Part shown: positions 49,110-59,776 of the stretch, piece by piece
Numbering within the stretch: position 1 is the first letter of the stretch
How the letters are laid out: each line of letters starts with the position of its first letter
Assembly (NCBI RefSeq): GCF_004010195.1
Contig: NC_057751.1
Span: 1,664,635-1,724,410, forward strand
Direction of reading: 5' to 3'
DNA length: 59,776 nucleotides
Source of the DNA: Chiloscyllium plagiosum
Lineage: Eukaryota
Position numbers and translations under genes: made by a program
Notes under the pieces: model-generated
Database searches by the model: none
The model's input: the letters and a program-made list of their open reading frames with translations, nothing else
What the model was told of the DNA's origin: nothing

Positions 49110-49790
49110 CTTTCGGCTCAGTCTGTGCTGGTCAGAAACAACCACCTTACAAGTCTATTCCCCTGCTCCAGCACCCGACCCAGAGCCTTGGATGTACTGG
49201 TATTGCAAGTGCAACTCAAAATACCTCTTAATGTGATGAGGATTTCTGCCACCACAAACCTTACAGACAGCAAGTTCCACATTCCCACCACCCTCTGGGT
49301 AAAAAAGATTTCCTCACACACCTGCCCCTTCGCTTAAATCTATGCCCTTGGTCACTGATCCCTCTGCCAAAGAGAAAGCTATCTTCCTGCCTCCCTTGTC
49401 TATGCTCCTTTCAGTTTTAAACATCTCAAACATGTCCTCCCTTAGTCCCCTCTGTTCTCAGGAAAACAATTTCAGTCTGTCCAGTCTCTCATCACAACTA
49501 AAACTCTCCAGGCCAGGCAAAATCCTGGGAAATCTCCTCTGCACCCTCTCCAGTGTGATCACATACCTCTTACAATGTGGATTCCAGAAAGGCACATAAT
49601 ACTCTCGCTGTGGTCTAATCGTATAGTTCCAGCATCACCTCCCTGCTGTTAAATTCTCTGCCTCGGCTAACAAAGGCAAGTGTCCCGTGCACCTTCTTAA
49701 CCAGCTTATTGATCTGCCCTGATACCTTAAGGGGCCGCTGGACAATGCACACCAAGGTCCCACTGATCCTGGGTGCTTCTCAGGGTATGA
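49110..49790 (-). mobile_element. CR1 LINE 3' fragment
   Basis: Encodes EEIFFTQRVVGMWNLL. Confidence 0.8.
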
Positions 49791-50960
49791 TTGTTAATCA
49801 TTGTTCCCTCGTACTATGGGGCAAAGGTAAAAGAATGGCACTCAGTCATGAGTTCCCTTGAGGAGGTGATTGGCATACGTACGTTCTGTAATACTTCAGT
49901 GATTCCATTTCTGATGCCCATAAACACACAGTCACAAACATACTCACTGACTCTCACACAGTGACCCAGCCAGAAGGCTTATTTGTGAAAAATTTCCAGT
50001 GAAGTGTTTAACCAAAATGTCACCTGCTCTCTCAGGTGGCAGTAAAGGATCTCATGACACCTTTGGAACAGGAGACACAGATTCTTCACCAATGGTGCTC
50101 GTCAATATTATCTCTGAATCAATAACACGAAGAGGGATGATCTCATTATCGTCACATTCATGCTTCTGGGAGCTTGTGCGGTATCCAAATTCACTGACGT
50201 GTTTTCTACATGATAAAACTGACCACACTTCAAAAGCATTTCATTGGCTGGGAATTGTTGGGAGGCAGGTTTGGTGGTAGCTCGCAGGAACTGAGGTATT
50301 GAGGGTGAGTTGGAGCTGAGGCGTGGATTGGTCAGGGGTTGGAATTTGGAAATGGAGCAAGGTGAGACAGGAGGGAACAAAAACACTTTCAAAATTCAGC
50401 TGAAGTTAAGGTAAGGAATTTTTCCCTGAAAGAATTGATTCCTGGTGCTAGGAAATCAGAGGAATTTCACTTGGGTTGAGATCAGAATCAATGTTATCTG
50501 TGATGAGGGTCAAAGGGTGAACTCACACAATTGTAGAATGACAAGTGAGCAATCACAGGGAGGCTAAGGGTTAATGAGCAGTTTCACACAAGTATGGCAA
50601 GGGTCTGAAAGAACATACCACAAGCTGAGGTAGCAGCTCTTAATGAATTTTCTACGTGACCCTCAAAAATTAATATATCATTGTCAGTTACTCTCAAAGC
50701 TGCCAGTGAGTTTGAAATCACTTTCATATCGGCCTTGTTTAATTTATTTCCAGAAAGCAATTACGAAACAAGCAAGGAAGATCCAGTCACTGAAGATTAA
50801 TGACGTGACTATGAGGCTGTTGCAAACTATCTCGTAGGCATTAACATCACAAATTGTTCTGGTTTCATTTGACTTTGTAACACGAAGGATGTCACAGCAT
50901 GTCAGTTCACAACTACACATGTGGAGATTTGGCTTTCATGACCTGATCATCCTTTCTTTC

Positions 50961-51161
50961 AACAAAAACATAAATTGCTAGAGAAACTCAGCAGATCTGG
51001 CAGCACCTGTAGAGACAGGAACAGAGTTAATGTTTTGAATCCACACAAGACTCGAAACATTAACTCTGCGTCTGTCTCCACAGATGCTGCTCGACCTGCT
51101 GAGTTCCTCCAGCAATTTCCAGATTTCCTTTCAGATCTTCAGCACCCACAGTTCTTTCTTT
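50961..51161. mobile_element. Palindromic family-B hairpin element
   Basis: Arms aattgctagagaaactcagcagatctggcagcacctgtagagacag and ctgtctccacagatgctgctcgacctgctgagttcctccagcaatt. Confidence 0.75.
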
Positions 51162-51274
51162 GATATTGCTACCCTTTCTTTCAAGTCTAACTGCATCTTC
51201 TTTTCAGTGACTGTTAGTTCATTGCCAGTTGTACTGCACTCTGGTAATCTCCTTCAGTTAACTTGAAAGACAGA

Positions 51275-52555
51275 GTCACAGAGTCATAGAGATGTACAAC
51301 ATGGAAACACACCCTTCGGTCCAACTTGTCCATGTCAACCAGATATCCCAACCCAATCTAATCCCACCTGCCAGCAGCCGGCCCATATCCCTCCTATTCA
51401 CATACCCATCCAGATGCCTTTCAAATGTTGAAATTGTACCAGCCTCCACCACATCCTCTGGCAGCTCATTCCATACACGTACCACCCTCTGCGTGAAAAA
51501 GTTGCCTCTTAAGTCTCTTTTATATCTTTCCTCTCTCACCCTAAACCTATGGCCTCTAGTTCTGGGCTCCCCTACCCCAGGGAAAAGGCTGTGTCTATTT
51601 ACCCTATCCATGCCCCTCATGATTTTGTAAACCTCACCCCTCAGCCTCCACCGCTCCAGGGAAAACAGCCCCAGCCTATTCAACCTCTCCCTACAGCTCA
51701 AATCCTCCAAATCTGGCAACTTCCTTGGAAATCTTTTCTGAACCCTTTCAACTTTCACAACATCTTTCTGATAGGAAGGAGACCAGAATTGCATGCAATA
51801 TTCCAACAGTGGCCTAACTAATGTCCTGTACAGCCGCAACATGACCTCCCAACTCCTGTACTCAATACTCTGACCAATAAAGGAACGCATACCAAACGCC
51901 CGTAACCCACCCATTCCCCTACATTTACCCCTTTACCTAACACTACAGGCAATTTAGCATGGCCAATTCACCTGACGTGCACATCTTCGGACTGTGGGAG
52001 GAAACCGGAGCACCCGGAGGAAACCCATGCAAACACAGGGAGAATGTGCAAACTCCACACAGTCAGTAATTGAACCCGGGTCTCTGGCGCTGCGAGACTA
52101 ACCACTGTGCCACCGTGCCGCCCATCTGATCAAGATCCTGTTGTAATCTGAGGTAACCTTCTTTGCTGTCCACAACACCTCCAATTTTGGTGTCATCTGC
52201 AAACTTACTAACTGTACCTCTTATATTCACATCCAAATCATTTATATAAATGAGGAAAAGCAGTGAACCCAGCTCCGATCCTTGTGGCACTCCACTGGTC
52301 ACAGGCCTCCAGTCTGAAAAACAGCCCTCCACCAGCACCCTCTGTCTTCTGCCTTTGAGCCAGTTCTGTATCCAAATGGCTAGTTCTCCCTGTATTCCAT
52401 GATATCTAACCTTGCTCACCGGTCTCCCATAGGGAACCTTGTCGAACACCTTACTGAAGTCCATATACATCACATCTGCCCTCATCAATCCTCTTTGTTA
52501 CTTCTTCAAAATACTCAATCAAGTTTGTGTGACGTGATTTCCCATGCACAAAAAG
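51275..52555 (-). mobile_element. Young CR1 LINE ORF2 (RT) fragment, interrupted by a V-SINE at 51901-52120
   Basis: 141-aa and 212-aa minus ORFs: DVMYMDFSKVFDKVP...SGVPQGSELG...YINDLD...SKFADDTKIGG and LYRTLVRPLLEYCMQFWSP. Confidence 0.95.
51901..52120 (-). mobile_element. HE1-type V-SINE lacking its tail
   Basis: gggaggaaaccggagcacccggaggaaacccatgcaaacacagggagaatgtgcaaactccacacag...accactgtgccaccgtgcc. Confidence 0.88.
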
Positions 52556-52844
52556 ATCAGGAAGAACATCTTGAAAGCTCTCAAGAAGTAGCCACAAACC
52601 GAAAGCCATACCTTTCCATCAACTCCACTTGTGTGGAACACAGATATCAAACATTTGCAGGTCCACGCTTCCTATGAGTTTCCTCCTGCTCCTCTTCACC
52701 TCACAACCTTCCATCCCTCTTTTACTTCTGCCTGCTCCTTAAATGATGATAGGAGTCAACTTACCCATTCACTTTTGGGAGCAAATTCCTTCTTCATGGC
52801 TCTCTGTATAAAAAGGTTACTCCTGAATTCTTCATTAGAACCAT

Positions 52845-53360
52845 ACAGTCACAAAGTCACAGAGTTGTACAGCACAGAAACAGACCCCTCAGTCCAACTT
52901 GTCCGTGCTGACCAGATATACCAACCCAATCTCATCCCAGTTGCCATAACCTGGCCCATATCCCTCTAAACCTTTCCTATTCATATACCCATCCAGATGC
53001 CTTTTAAATGTTGTCATTGTGCCAGCCTCCACCACTTCCTCTGGCAGCTCATTCAATACACGTACCACCCTCTGTGTGAAAAACGTTTCCCCCTTAGGTC
53101 TCTTTTATATCTTTCCCCTGTCATCCTAAACTTATACCCTCCAGTTCTGGACTCTCCCTTCCCAGAGAAAAGACCTTGCCTATTGACCATATCCATGCAC
53201 CTCATGATTTCATAAACCTCAATAAGGTCACCTTTTAGCCTCTGACACTCCAGGGAAAACAGCCCCAGCCTATTCAGTCTCTCCCTATAGCTCAATTCCT
53301 CCAACTGTGGCAACATCCTTGTAATACTTTTCTGAACCCTTTTAGGTTTCACAATATCTT
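52845..53360 (-). mobile_element. Young CR1 3' fragment
   Basis: Encodes LEELSYRERLNRLGLFSLECQRLKGDLIEVYEIMR. Confidence 0.92.
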
Positions 53361-53722
53361 AGCCCAAGTCTTGTTCTCCCCACAGAATTGGATATACCTT
53401 TTGTTGATCTGACCTTTCAAATATTTTTTTCAAAATCTTTATCAATCCAACCCTTAAGCTTCCTCATTCTTCAGAAAAGACCCCCAGCCAAAACAGTCTT
53501 TTGGCTCTGGTATTACCTGTACAAATTATTTCTCCATTGGTTCTTTATCCTTTTAACAAATAGTCACAATGAAAGGAGTGGTTTGACCATTTCCATTGAC
53601 TAGATTAGCCTGAACTATGCTGCAAATCTGCTACTTCAAATTGTGGATAGAATTTTGCCGATGAATGACTGACATTTCACTTTTAGACATTGTCTTTCTC
53701 TTGTTAATATATTTACTGTTGG

Positions 53723-53957
53723 CCAATATCAGAGTGGTGCTTGAAAAGCCTACAGCAGGTCAGGCAGCATCCGAGGAGCAAGAAAATCAACGCTTCGGGC
53801 AAAAGCCCTTCATCAGGAATGGCCCCAATCCTCATGAAGGGTTTTGCCTGAAATATCGATTTTCCTGCTCCTTGGATGCTGCCTGACCTGCTGTGCTTTT
53901 CCAGCACTACTCTAATTTCGACTCTAATCTCCAGCATCTGCAGTAACCTTCGCCTGG
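53723..53957. mobile_element. Head-to-head dimer of the family-A element with 10-bp TSD
   Basis: TSD ttactgttgg at 53713-53722 and 53958-53967. Two divergent hammerhead-like cores flank ggaatggccccaatcc. Confidence 0.85.
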
Positions 53958-54194
53958 TTACTGTTGGTGCCATGAATAAACAGCCACCACCTGCTGGGAT
54001 GCCAAATGTGGTTGGAGGTATTCCTGGGGGATTCAGCACAGAATTTCCCATCTCCAAGTGCTCATGTCCACTCACCCACTCTTTGTTGTCTCCCCACATC
54101 CAATTGGGACTGAGGAACCTCTCCTTCACCTGACTGGATAACTCTCAGCAGAACAGCCTTCTCTTCAACATCTCCAATTAGGTATCAGCCAATC

Positions 54195-54470
54195 AGAGGT
54201 GGCACAGTGGTCAGCACTGCTGCCTCACAGAGCCAGGGACCCAAGTTCAATTCCAGCGTTAGGTGACAGTCTGTGTGAAGTTTGCATGGAGTTGTGTCTG
54301 TGTGGGTTTCCTCCCACAGCTCAAAGAAGTGTGGATTAGTCATGGGAAGGGGTGGGGGAGGGGAGTTTGGGTGGGATGGTCTTTGGAAGGTTGGGTGTGA
54401 ATTTGTTGGGTTTGTTTCCACACTGTAGGAATTTGTTGGGTTTGTTTCCACACTGTAGGAATTCTACGAT
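54195..54470 (+). mobile_element. HE1-type V-SINE with a 30-bp tandem duplication in its tail (54399-54463)
   Basis: ggcacagtggtcagcactgctgcctcacag...; gaatttgttgggtttgtttccacactgtag occurs twice. Confidence 0.85.
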
Positions 54471-54859
54471 AAAAATATTGAAAGAAAACTCCAGCCGTCT
54501 CAACAAAGGCTTCCTCTGTGGGGTTTTGCCGTCACAAAGAATGAGCAAATTAAACTCCCTTGGAGATGACAAAATAGTTTGAGGGGTTTAACAAATGACC
54601 CTGTCATGAGTACACAGTTTTTGAGGGTTCCTCAAAGGTAGATAATCTCACGGCAAATGAGAGCACTTTAGGAAGGTTTGTATAGATGATAAGAAACATC
54701 TTTTGGCTCCAGGTCCACTGACTGAGAAGCTGTCCCCAGGGCCCAGACACGTCAGGCATGAACATGAAGCCTCCTCATGCTCCGATGGGAGAGATTGTTC
54801 CAGGTCTTTCCTCCAGAGGGCAGCAGGTCTCTTTGAAAAAGCAATGAACTTGGATCGAT

Positions 54860-55480
54860 ATTCTGAAGCATCTCAAAACGCTTCAGTATCAATTAAAGAA
54901 GGCTGTGAAGTCACTGTTTTACTGTGGGAATGGCAGCTGTCAATTTGAACACAGGAAGATCCCACAAACATAGTCACGTGATAATGATTCGATCTGATTT
55001 TGCAATCTTGTGAAGGATGAAATGTTGCAGAGAAAATAATCGAATCCCAACAGTGTGAAAGCAGACCATTTGGCCCATCCAGTCCACACCGACCCTCCAA
55101 ACAGCATTCCACCCAGACCCACGCTGCTATCCTATCTCTGTAACCCTGCATTTCCCGTGGCCAATCCACCCAACCTGCACATCTTTGGACTGCGGGAGGA
55201 AACCGGAGCACCCGGAGGAAACCTACGCAGACACGGGGAGAATGTGTGAACTCCACACAGACAGTCACCTGAGGCCGGAATCGGACCTAAGTCTCTGGCA
55301 GGGGGTCAGGGAGAATTCTGCAGCTGTATTTCAAAACATATCCGAGCTGCGAGTAGACGAGATCTCTGACAGTGCAGCATTTCCTCAGTAGTGCATGTAT
55401 CACCCTGGATTATGAGCTGAAATCACTTGAGTGAGACTTGAAATCACAGCCTCCTGACTCAGGAGGGGAAAGGCTAACCA
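54860..55480 (-). mobile_element. DeuSINE copy split by an HE1 V-SINE at about 55040-55300
   Basis: Tail half at 54860-55030 (gaagtcactg...aagatcccacaaaca) and head half at 55320-55480 (tctgacagtgcagcatttcctcagtagtgca...cctcctgactcag), with a V-SINE between them. Confidence 0.7.
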
Positions 55481-55675
55481 TTGATCTGCAGTTCATGTCT
55501 GTGATTGCTGTGACTGATGGAGGATCCAAAGGGACTAGTGCACAACCTTGACCTCAACCGAATTTGCACAGAATTTTCATGAGGAAATTGCTTCATTACA
55601 GGCACTTTTTGGATTCAGCAAAATTAAAACACCCAACATAATGCAAACTTTGCAGAAGGTTTGAATGATGTAGAC

Positions 55676-55868
55676 TAGGTGAAAGTGAGGATTGCGGATG
55701 CTGGAGATTAGAGTTGCGAGTGTGGTGCTGGGAAAGCACAGCAGGTCTGGCAGCATCCGAGGAGCAGAAAAATTGACGTTTCGGGCAAAAGCCCTTCATT
55801 CCTGAGGAGGGGCTCATGCTCCTTGGATGCTGCCTGACCTGCTGTGCTTTTCCAGTACCACTCTCAAC
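55676..55868. mobile_element. Palindromic family-A hairpin element
   Basis: Arms gtggtgctgggaaagcacagcaggtctggcagcatcc and ggatgctgcctgacctgctgtgcttttccagtaccac; ttgaatgat on both flanks. Confidence 0.75.
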
Positions 55869-56699
55869 TTGAATGATCGAGAGTCAAGATAGAATGAACA
55901 AAGGGGTGAGGTGAAGTGGAGAAAATAGGGAAATTGGGGGAAAGAAATGAGGTGAAGTTGAAATTTATGGAAATGTAGGTGGCAGAAGGTAGTGAAGAAA
56001 TGGGAATTAGTTTGGAAAAATGGATGAGAAACATAACTGTTAAGTTAGAGACAGAGGAGAAAGAGAAAGAAAACATGTGGGAAAAATCATCTCAGCCCTC
56101 TGGAATATTCTGACCAAGAGATTTTGCTGCCAGCTTTTCACTCTCAGAAATATTTTTCTTAGCCATAGCACAAAAGGTACAAGAGTACCAGGTCTCAAAA
56201 TACCTAGGATTTGGATCTCAGAAATAGTCAGCAGATTATACGTCGGCTCCTGTGATGTGGTCGTCAGTCTGGGTGACCTGAAGCAGATGATCATTTCCAC
56301 TATGATTTAGTGCTCCTGTGACACCTATACAAGGTACATCATTTTGCAATAAAAATCACTACAAATATGTCAGTCACATTTCACAAGGGCTATAACACCA
56401 GAAGTTCAATAAGATTGCCTATTAAGGGGAATCTACAGATATTGTTGTGACAAGAGCTGAAATAAACAAACTCAACTTGAGCTCAAGCATTTATTGTGAT
56501 CTAATATCCTCCCTAATCAAGGAGGATAGGGGCATGATCAGGCTCAGCTCAAGAAGAAAACTGAACGTAATACTGTGAGATTTCAAGAGACCAGTCTGAA
56601 CCGACAAACAAAAGACTACATGGAGCTATTGTGTGTTTACTGTTACAAATAATGTTAACCTATCAAAAAGTCAAATAGTACATCATGATCCTCAACAGA

Positions 56700-57920
56700 A
56701 TCAGTACAGCACAGTACAAGCCCTTTGGCCCATGATGTTGTGCTGAGCATTTATCTTAATCTAAGATCAACCGAACCTACACATCCCTCAATTTACTGCC
56801 ATCCATGTCCTTGTGCAGCAGTCGCTTGAATGTCCCTAATGTATCTTATTCTACTCCCACCGCTGGCAGTGCATTCTACACACCCACAACTCTCTACCTC
56901 TGACATCTCCCCTATACCTTCCTCCAATCACCTTAAAATTTTGACCTCTTCTGACAGCCATTTCTGCCCTGGGGAAAAGTCTCTGGCAATCTCCTCTATC
57001 TCTGCCTCTCATTACCTTGTACACCTCTATCAAGTCGCCTCTCTTCCTTCCTCTCTCCAGTATGAAAAGTCCTAGCTCACTCAACCTCTCTTCATAAGAC
57101 AGGCCTTCCAATCCAGGCAGTATCCTGGTAAATCTACTCTGCACCCTCTCTAAAGCACCTATATAATGAGGCGACCATATCTGGACACAATACTCCAAGT
57201 GTGGTCTAACCAGGGTTTTACAGAGCTGCAGCGAAACCTCACGGCTCATAAGCACAATCCCCCTGGTAATGAAAGCCAAAACACCATATGCCTTCTTAAC
57301 AACCATATCAACTTGGGTGGCAACTTTGAGGGATCTATGTACATGGACCCCAAGATCCCGCTNNNNNNNNNNNNNNNNNNNNNNNNTATAAAACCTACAA
57401 AGAGCAGAGGCCCAAGAACAGATCCATGAGGGACATCACTGGTCACTGACCTCCAGGCAGAATACTTTCCATCCACTATCACTCACTGTCTTCTTTCATC
57501 CAGCCAATACTGTATCCAGACAGCCACATTTCCCTGTATCCCATACCTCCTATCTTTCTGAATGAGCCTACCATGGAGAACCTTATAAAATGCCTTACTG
57601 AAATCCACATACACAACATCCACTGCTCAACCTTCATTAACTTGTCACGTCACATCCTCAAAGAACTCAATGAGGCTTGTGAGGCATAACCTGCCTCTCA
57701 CAAAGCCATGTTGACTATCTTTAATCAAACTATGTTTTTCCGAATCTCTCAGAATCCTTTCCAGTACCTTGTTCACCACAGACGTAAGACTGACTGGTCT
57801 GTAATTCCCAGGGATTTCCCTATTCCCTTTCGTGAACAGAGGAACAACATTCGTCTCCCTCCAATCATCCGGTACTACTCCCATGGAGAGTGAGGATGCA
57901 AAGATCATCGCCAGATGGCA
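56700..57920 (-). mobile_element. CR1 LINE ORF2 (RT) fragment spanning an assembly gap
   Basis: Encodes VPDDWRETNVVPLFTKGNREIPGNYRPVSLTSVV...SQHGFVRGRLCLTSLIEFFEDVT and LVRPHLEYCVQIWSP. Confidence 0.95.
57363..57386. other. Assembly gap (24 N)
   Basis: Run of n characters. Confidence 1.
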
Positions 57921-59251
57921 ACTGCCCAAATATATTACCTCACTTCCTCAGCAGTCCCGTATCCACTCCTGCTCAGCGTGCGCTCTGCCTATTAAGTTAT
58001 TTCAGGATTAATTTACCATCCCGGCAGCCCCCGGTCCTCACTCTCATCTCTCCCTCTGCTGCTGCAAAAATGGAGCATTTGCAGTTAAAGAATGATGATG
58101 AATCAGTTTCACTGCATCATCCATCTCGGCACCTTCCGACCCGCCTACTGAGGATACCTCACACTTCTCAAACAGATAAATAACAACATACAGTTCCTGC
58201 ATTTACCTCCACCATACTCAAACCCTCCAGCTGTCTGACTGGAGGGAAAACTGGTCTGCCCTCTGGAATGATGTCTCAACTGCATCCTGAATAAACTAAT
58301 TCGAAATTGAGGATTGCTGATGTGTGACCTGTAGACTGACTGTGGCCAACTCCCTATACTGTTTTAGGACATGTCCCCGAACTGACTACAATCCCCTTCA
58401 TCCCACAAAGGCCTCTCCTCTGTTCATTCTTTCATTAACACATATAGTTTGCTGCATAAGGTGCAGTGACACGCCCACCCCTTATGAAGACAAATGTTTT
58501 TGAACAAAGTTCAAGTCCATACTTTAACTGAGAGCTTCATTTCAATTGGGTACACTGAATAAATCTCATTCCCCATTGATTACTGACTCCCCACATTCAT
58601 ACAACCAACTCAAACCAATTACCCTTCCTTAATATGTCCATCACTGACATCTGGTTCTGTTTGGTGTCAAGCATTCCTTCAGGCCTGTTAGATACCATCT
58701 ATCTGATAGATTGATTACTCAGAGCTGGCCACCATTACAAGCTGTCTTCTTCTTCCTCTGCTGTAAAAGTAACTTAAAACTGCAGGGATTGGCAGCCTGT
58801 AACTATGTGCTCAAAACTTCCTGTACAAAGAAAGCAATGTGATCTTCAAATGAGCACAAAAGTCAATGAACACCAAGAAATCAGCCAAGAACCAACAAGT
58901 GTGTGCACCTAAGTCAGAGTGAGAGCTGTGTCGATGTATGAGATGCCTCTGCGTGTGAAACAATCTGCCAGACGTGTGGAAGTCCTTGGTGTCTGTCAGC
59001 TCCAAAGAGCAGGTATGATGATGGGATGAGGCTGCTGAGTCTCTGGTTGGGAGTGGATGGAGAGTTGGGAGAGGGGGGGTGGGATGGGGATGGAGGTCAA
59101 GGGTCATGCAGGGATGCTGTCCAGAAGAAGCACGATGGCGAGGACGGGTCTTCAGCAAGCTGCCAGCTTTGCTTCACACATTGGGTTTCTCGGTGCAGGA
59201 GAGGTGAATTGGAAGTGGGGGTGAAGAAAAGTGCCTTGAGGTTTTAGTAAG

Positions 59252-59776
59252 GTGCAATTGCATGGAAATGAGGTCACCTCCACTTCAGAGCAGGATTCAG
59301 GTCAGCATTTAAGGCTGGTGGTAATAGGGGACTCCATCGTGAGAGGAACTGACCGGGGTTTTTGTGGCAGCAGACGGGATTTAAGGATGGTGTGTTGCTT
59401 TCCTGGTGCTAGAGTGAAAGACACCGTGGTCAGAGTGCAGGAAATCCTCAAGGATGAGGGTGTAGAGCCAGAGGTGGTGGTACATGTCGGCACAAATGAT
59501 GTTGGGAAGAAGAGGAGGAACATACTACAGCGAGACTTCGGAGAACTAGGAAGAAGGCTGAAAAGCAGGACATCCAAGGTGGTTATCTCCGGTTTGCTTC
59601 CAGTTCCTCGGGCTAGTGTGGCCAGAAACAGGGAGATAATGGACTTGAACTGGTGCAGGAAGCAAGGATTTAAGTTCTTGGATCACTGGGGTATATTTTG
59701 TGGTAAACATAAATTCTACAAGCGAGACGGCTTGCTTGCACCTTAATAGGTTGGGGACCAGTATTCTGGCAGGCAG
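59252..59776 (+). mobile_element. CR1 LINE ORF1 SGNH/GDSL esterase domain (5' part of an element that runs off the window)
   Basis: VVIGDSIVRGTDRGFCGSRRDLRMVCCFPGARVKD...VVVHVGTND...VVISGLLPVP matches the GDS and GxND blocks of CR1 ORF1 esterases. Confidence 0.9.

Noticed and set aside
51276..52488. 212-aa and 141-aa reverse-transcriptase-like ORFs
   Set aside because: Pieces of a truncated CR1 ORF2 interrupted by a SINE, not a host gene or a novel RT system.
54399..54463. 30-bp direct repeat (and the 22-bp one at 23086-23131) as CRISPR-like repeats
   Set aside because: Two adjacent copies with no spacer, inside SINE/LINE tails of a vertebrate genome; simple slippage duplications.
58044..58124. 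Minus-strand mini-ORF MDDAVKLIHHHSLTANAPFLQQQRER*, superficially like a DOK N-terminus (M.D.AVK...LQQQ)
   Set aside because: Wrong strand and wrong side of the gene, spacing too long, no FGK|GT donor, and it ends in a stop. Treated as coincidence.
59252..59746. GDSL/SGNH esterase as a cellular lipase gene
   Set aside because: Intronless and matches CR1 ORF1 esterase motifs in a CR1-rich genome.

Overview
Eukaryotic, repeat-rich vertebrate genomic DNA. The HE1/V-SINE, DeuSINE (SacSINE1-like), CR1 and Penelope repeats point to a shark or other elasmobranch (inference). The one clear gene is a + strand DOK-family adaptor, best matching DOK2. Four coding exons join in frame through canonical GT-AG introns: 10709-11008 (PH domain), 13514-13631 (linker), 33314-33486 (PTB N-half) and 37157-38224 (PTB C-half plus tyrosine-rich tail), giving 552 aa. 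The ATG-bearing first exon was not found and probably lies upstream of the window. The rest is intronic or intergenic: decayed CR1 and L2 LINEs, a second RT-LINE family, tRNA-derived SINEs, two solo-LTR-like repeats, microsatellites, a 24-N gap, and a CR1 ORF1 esterase at the right edge. The most notable non-gene signal is a set of short monomeric or hairpin insertions from at least three sequence families. Many have target-site duplications, and they carry minimal hammerhead-ribozyme cores (CUGANGA-stem II-GAAA with a palindromic stem III), as known for Penelope-like elements. Several lie sense to DOK2 within its introns. No clearly new protein-coding system was found. Repeat boundaries were read by eye and are approximate.
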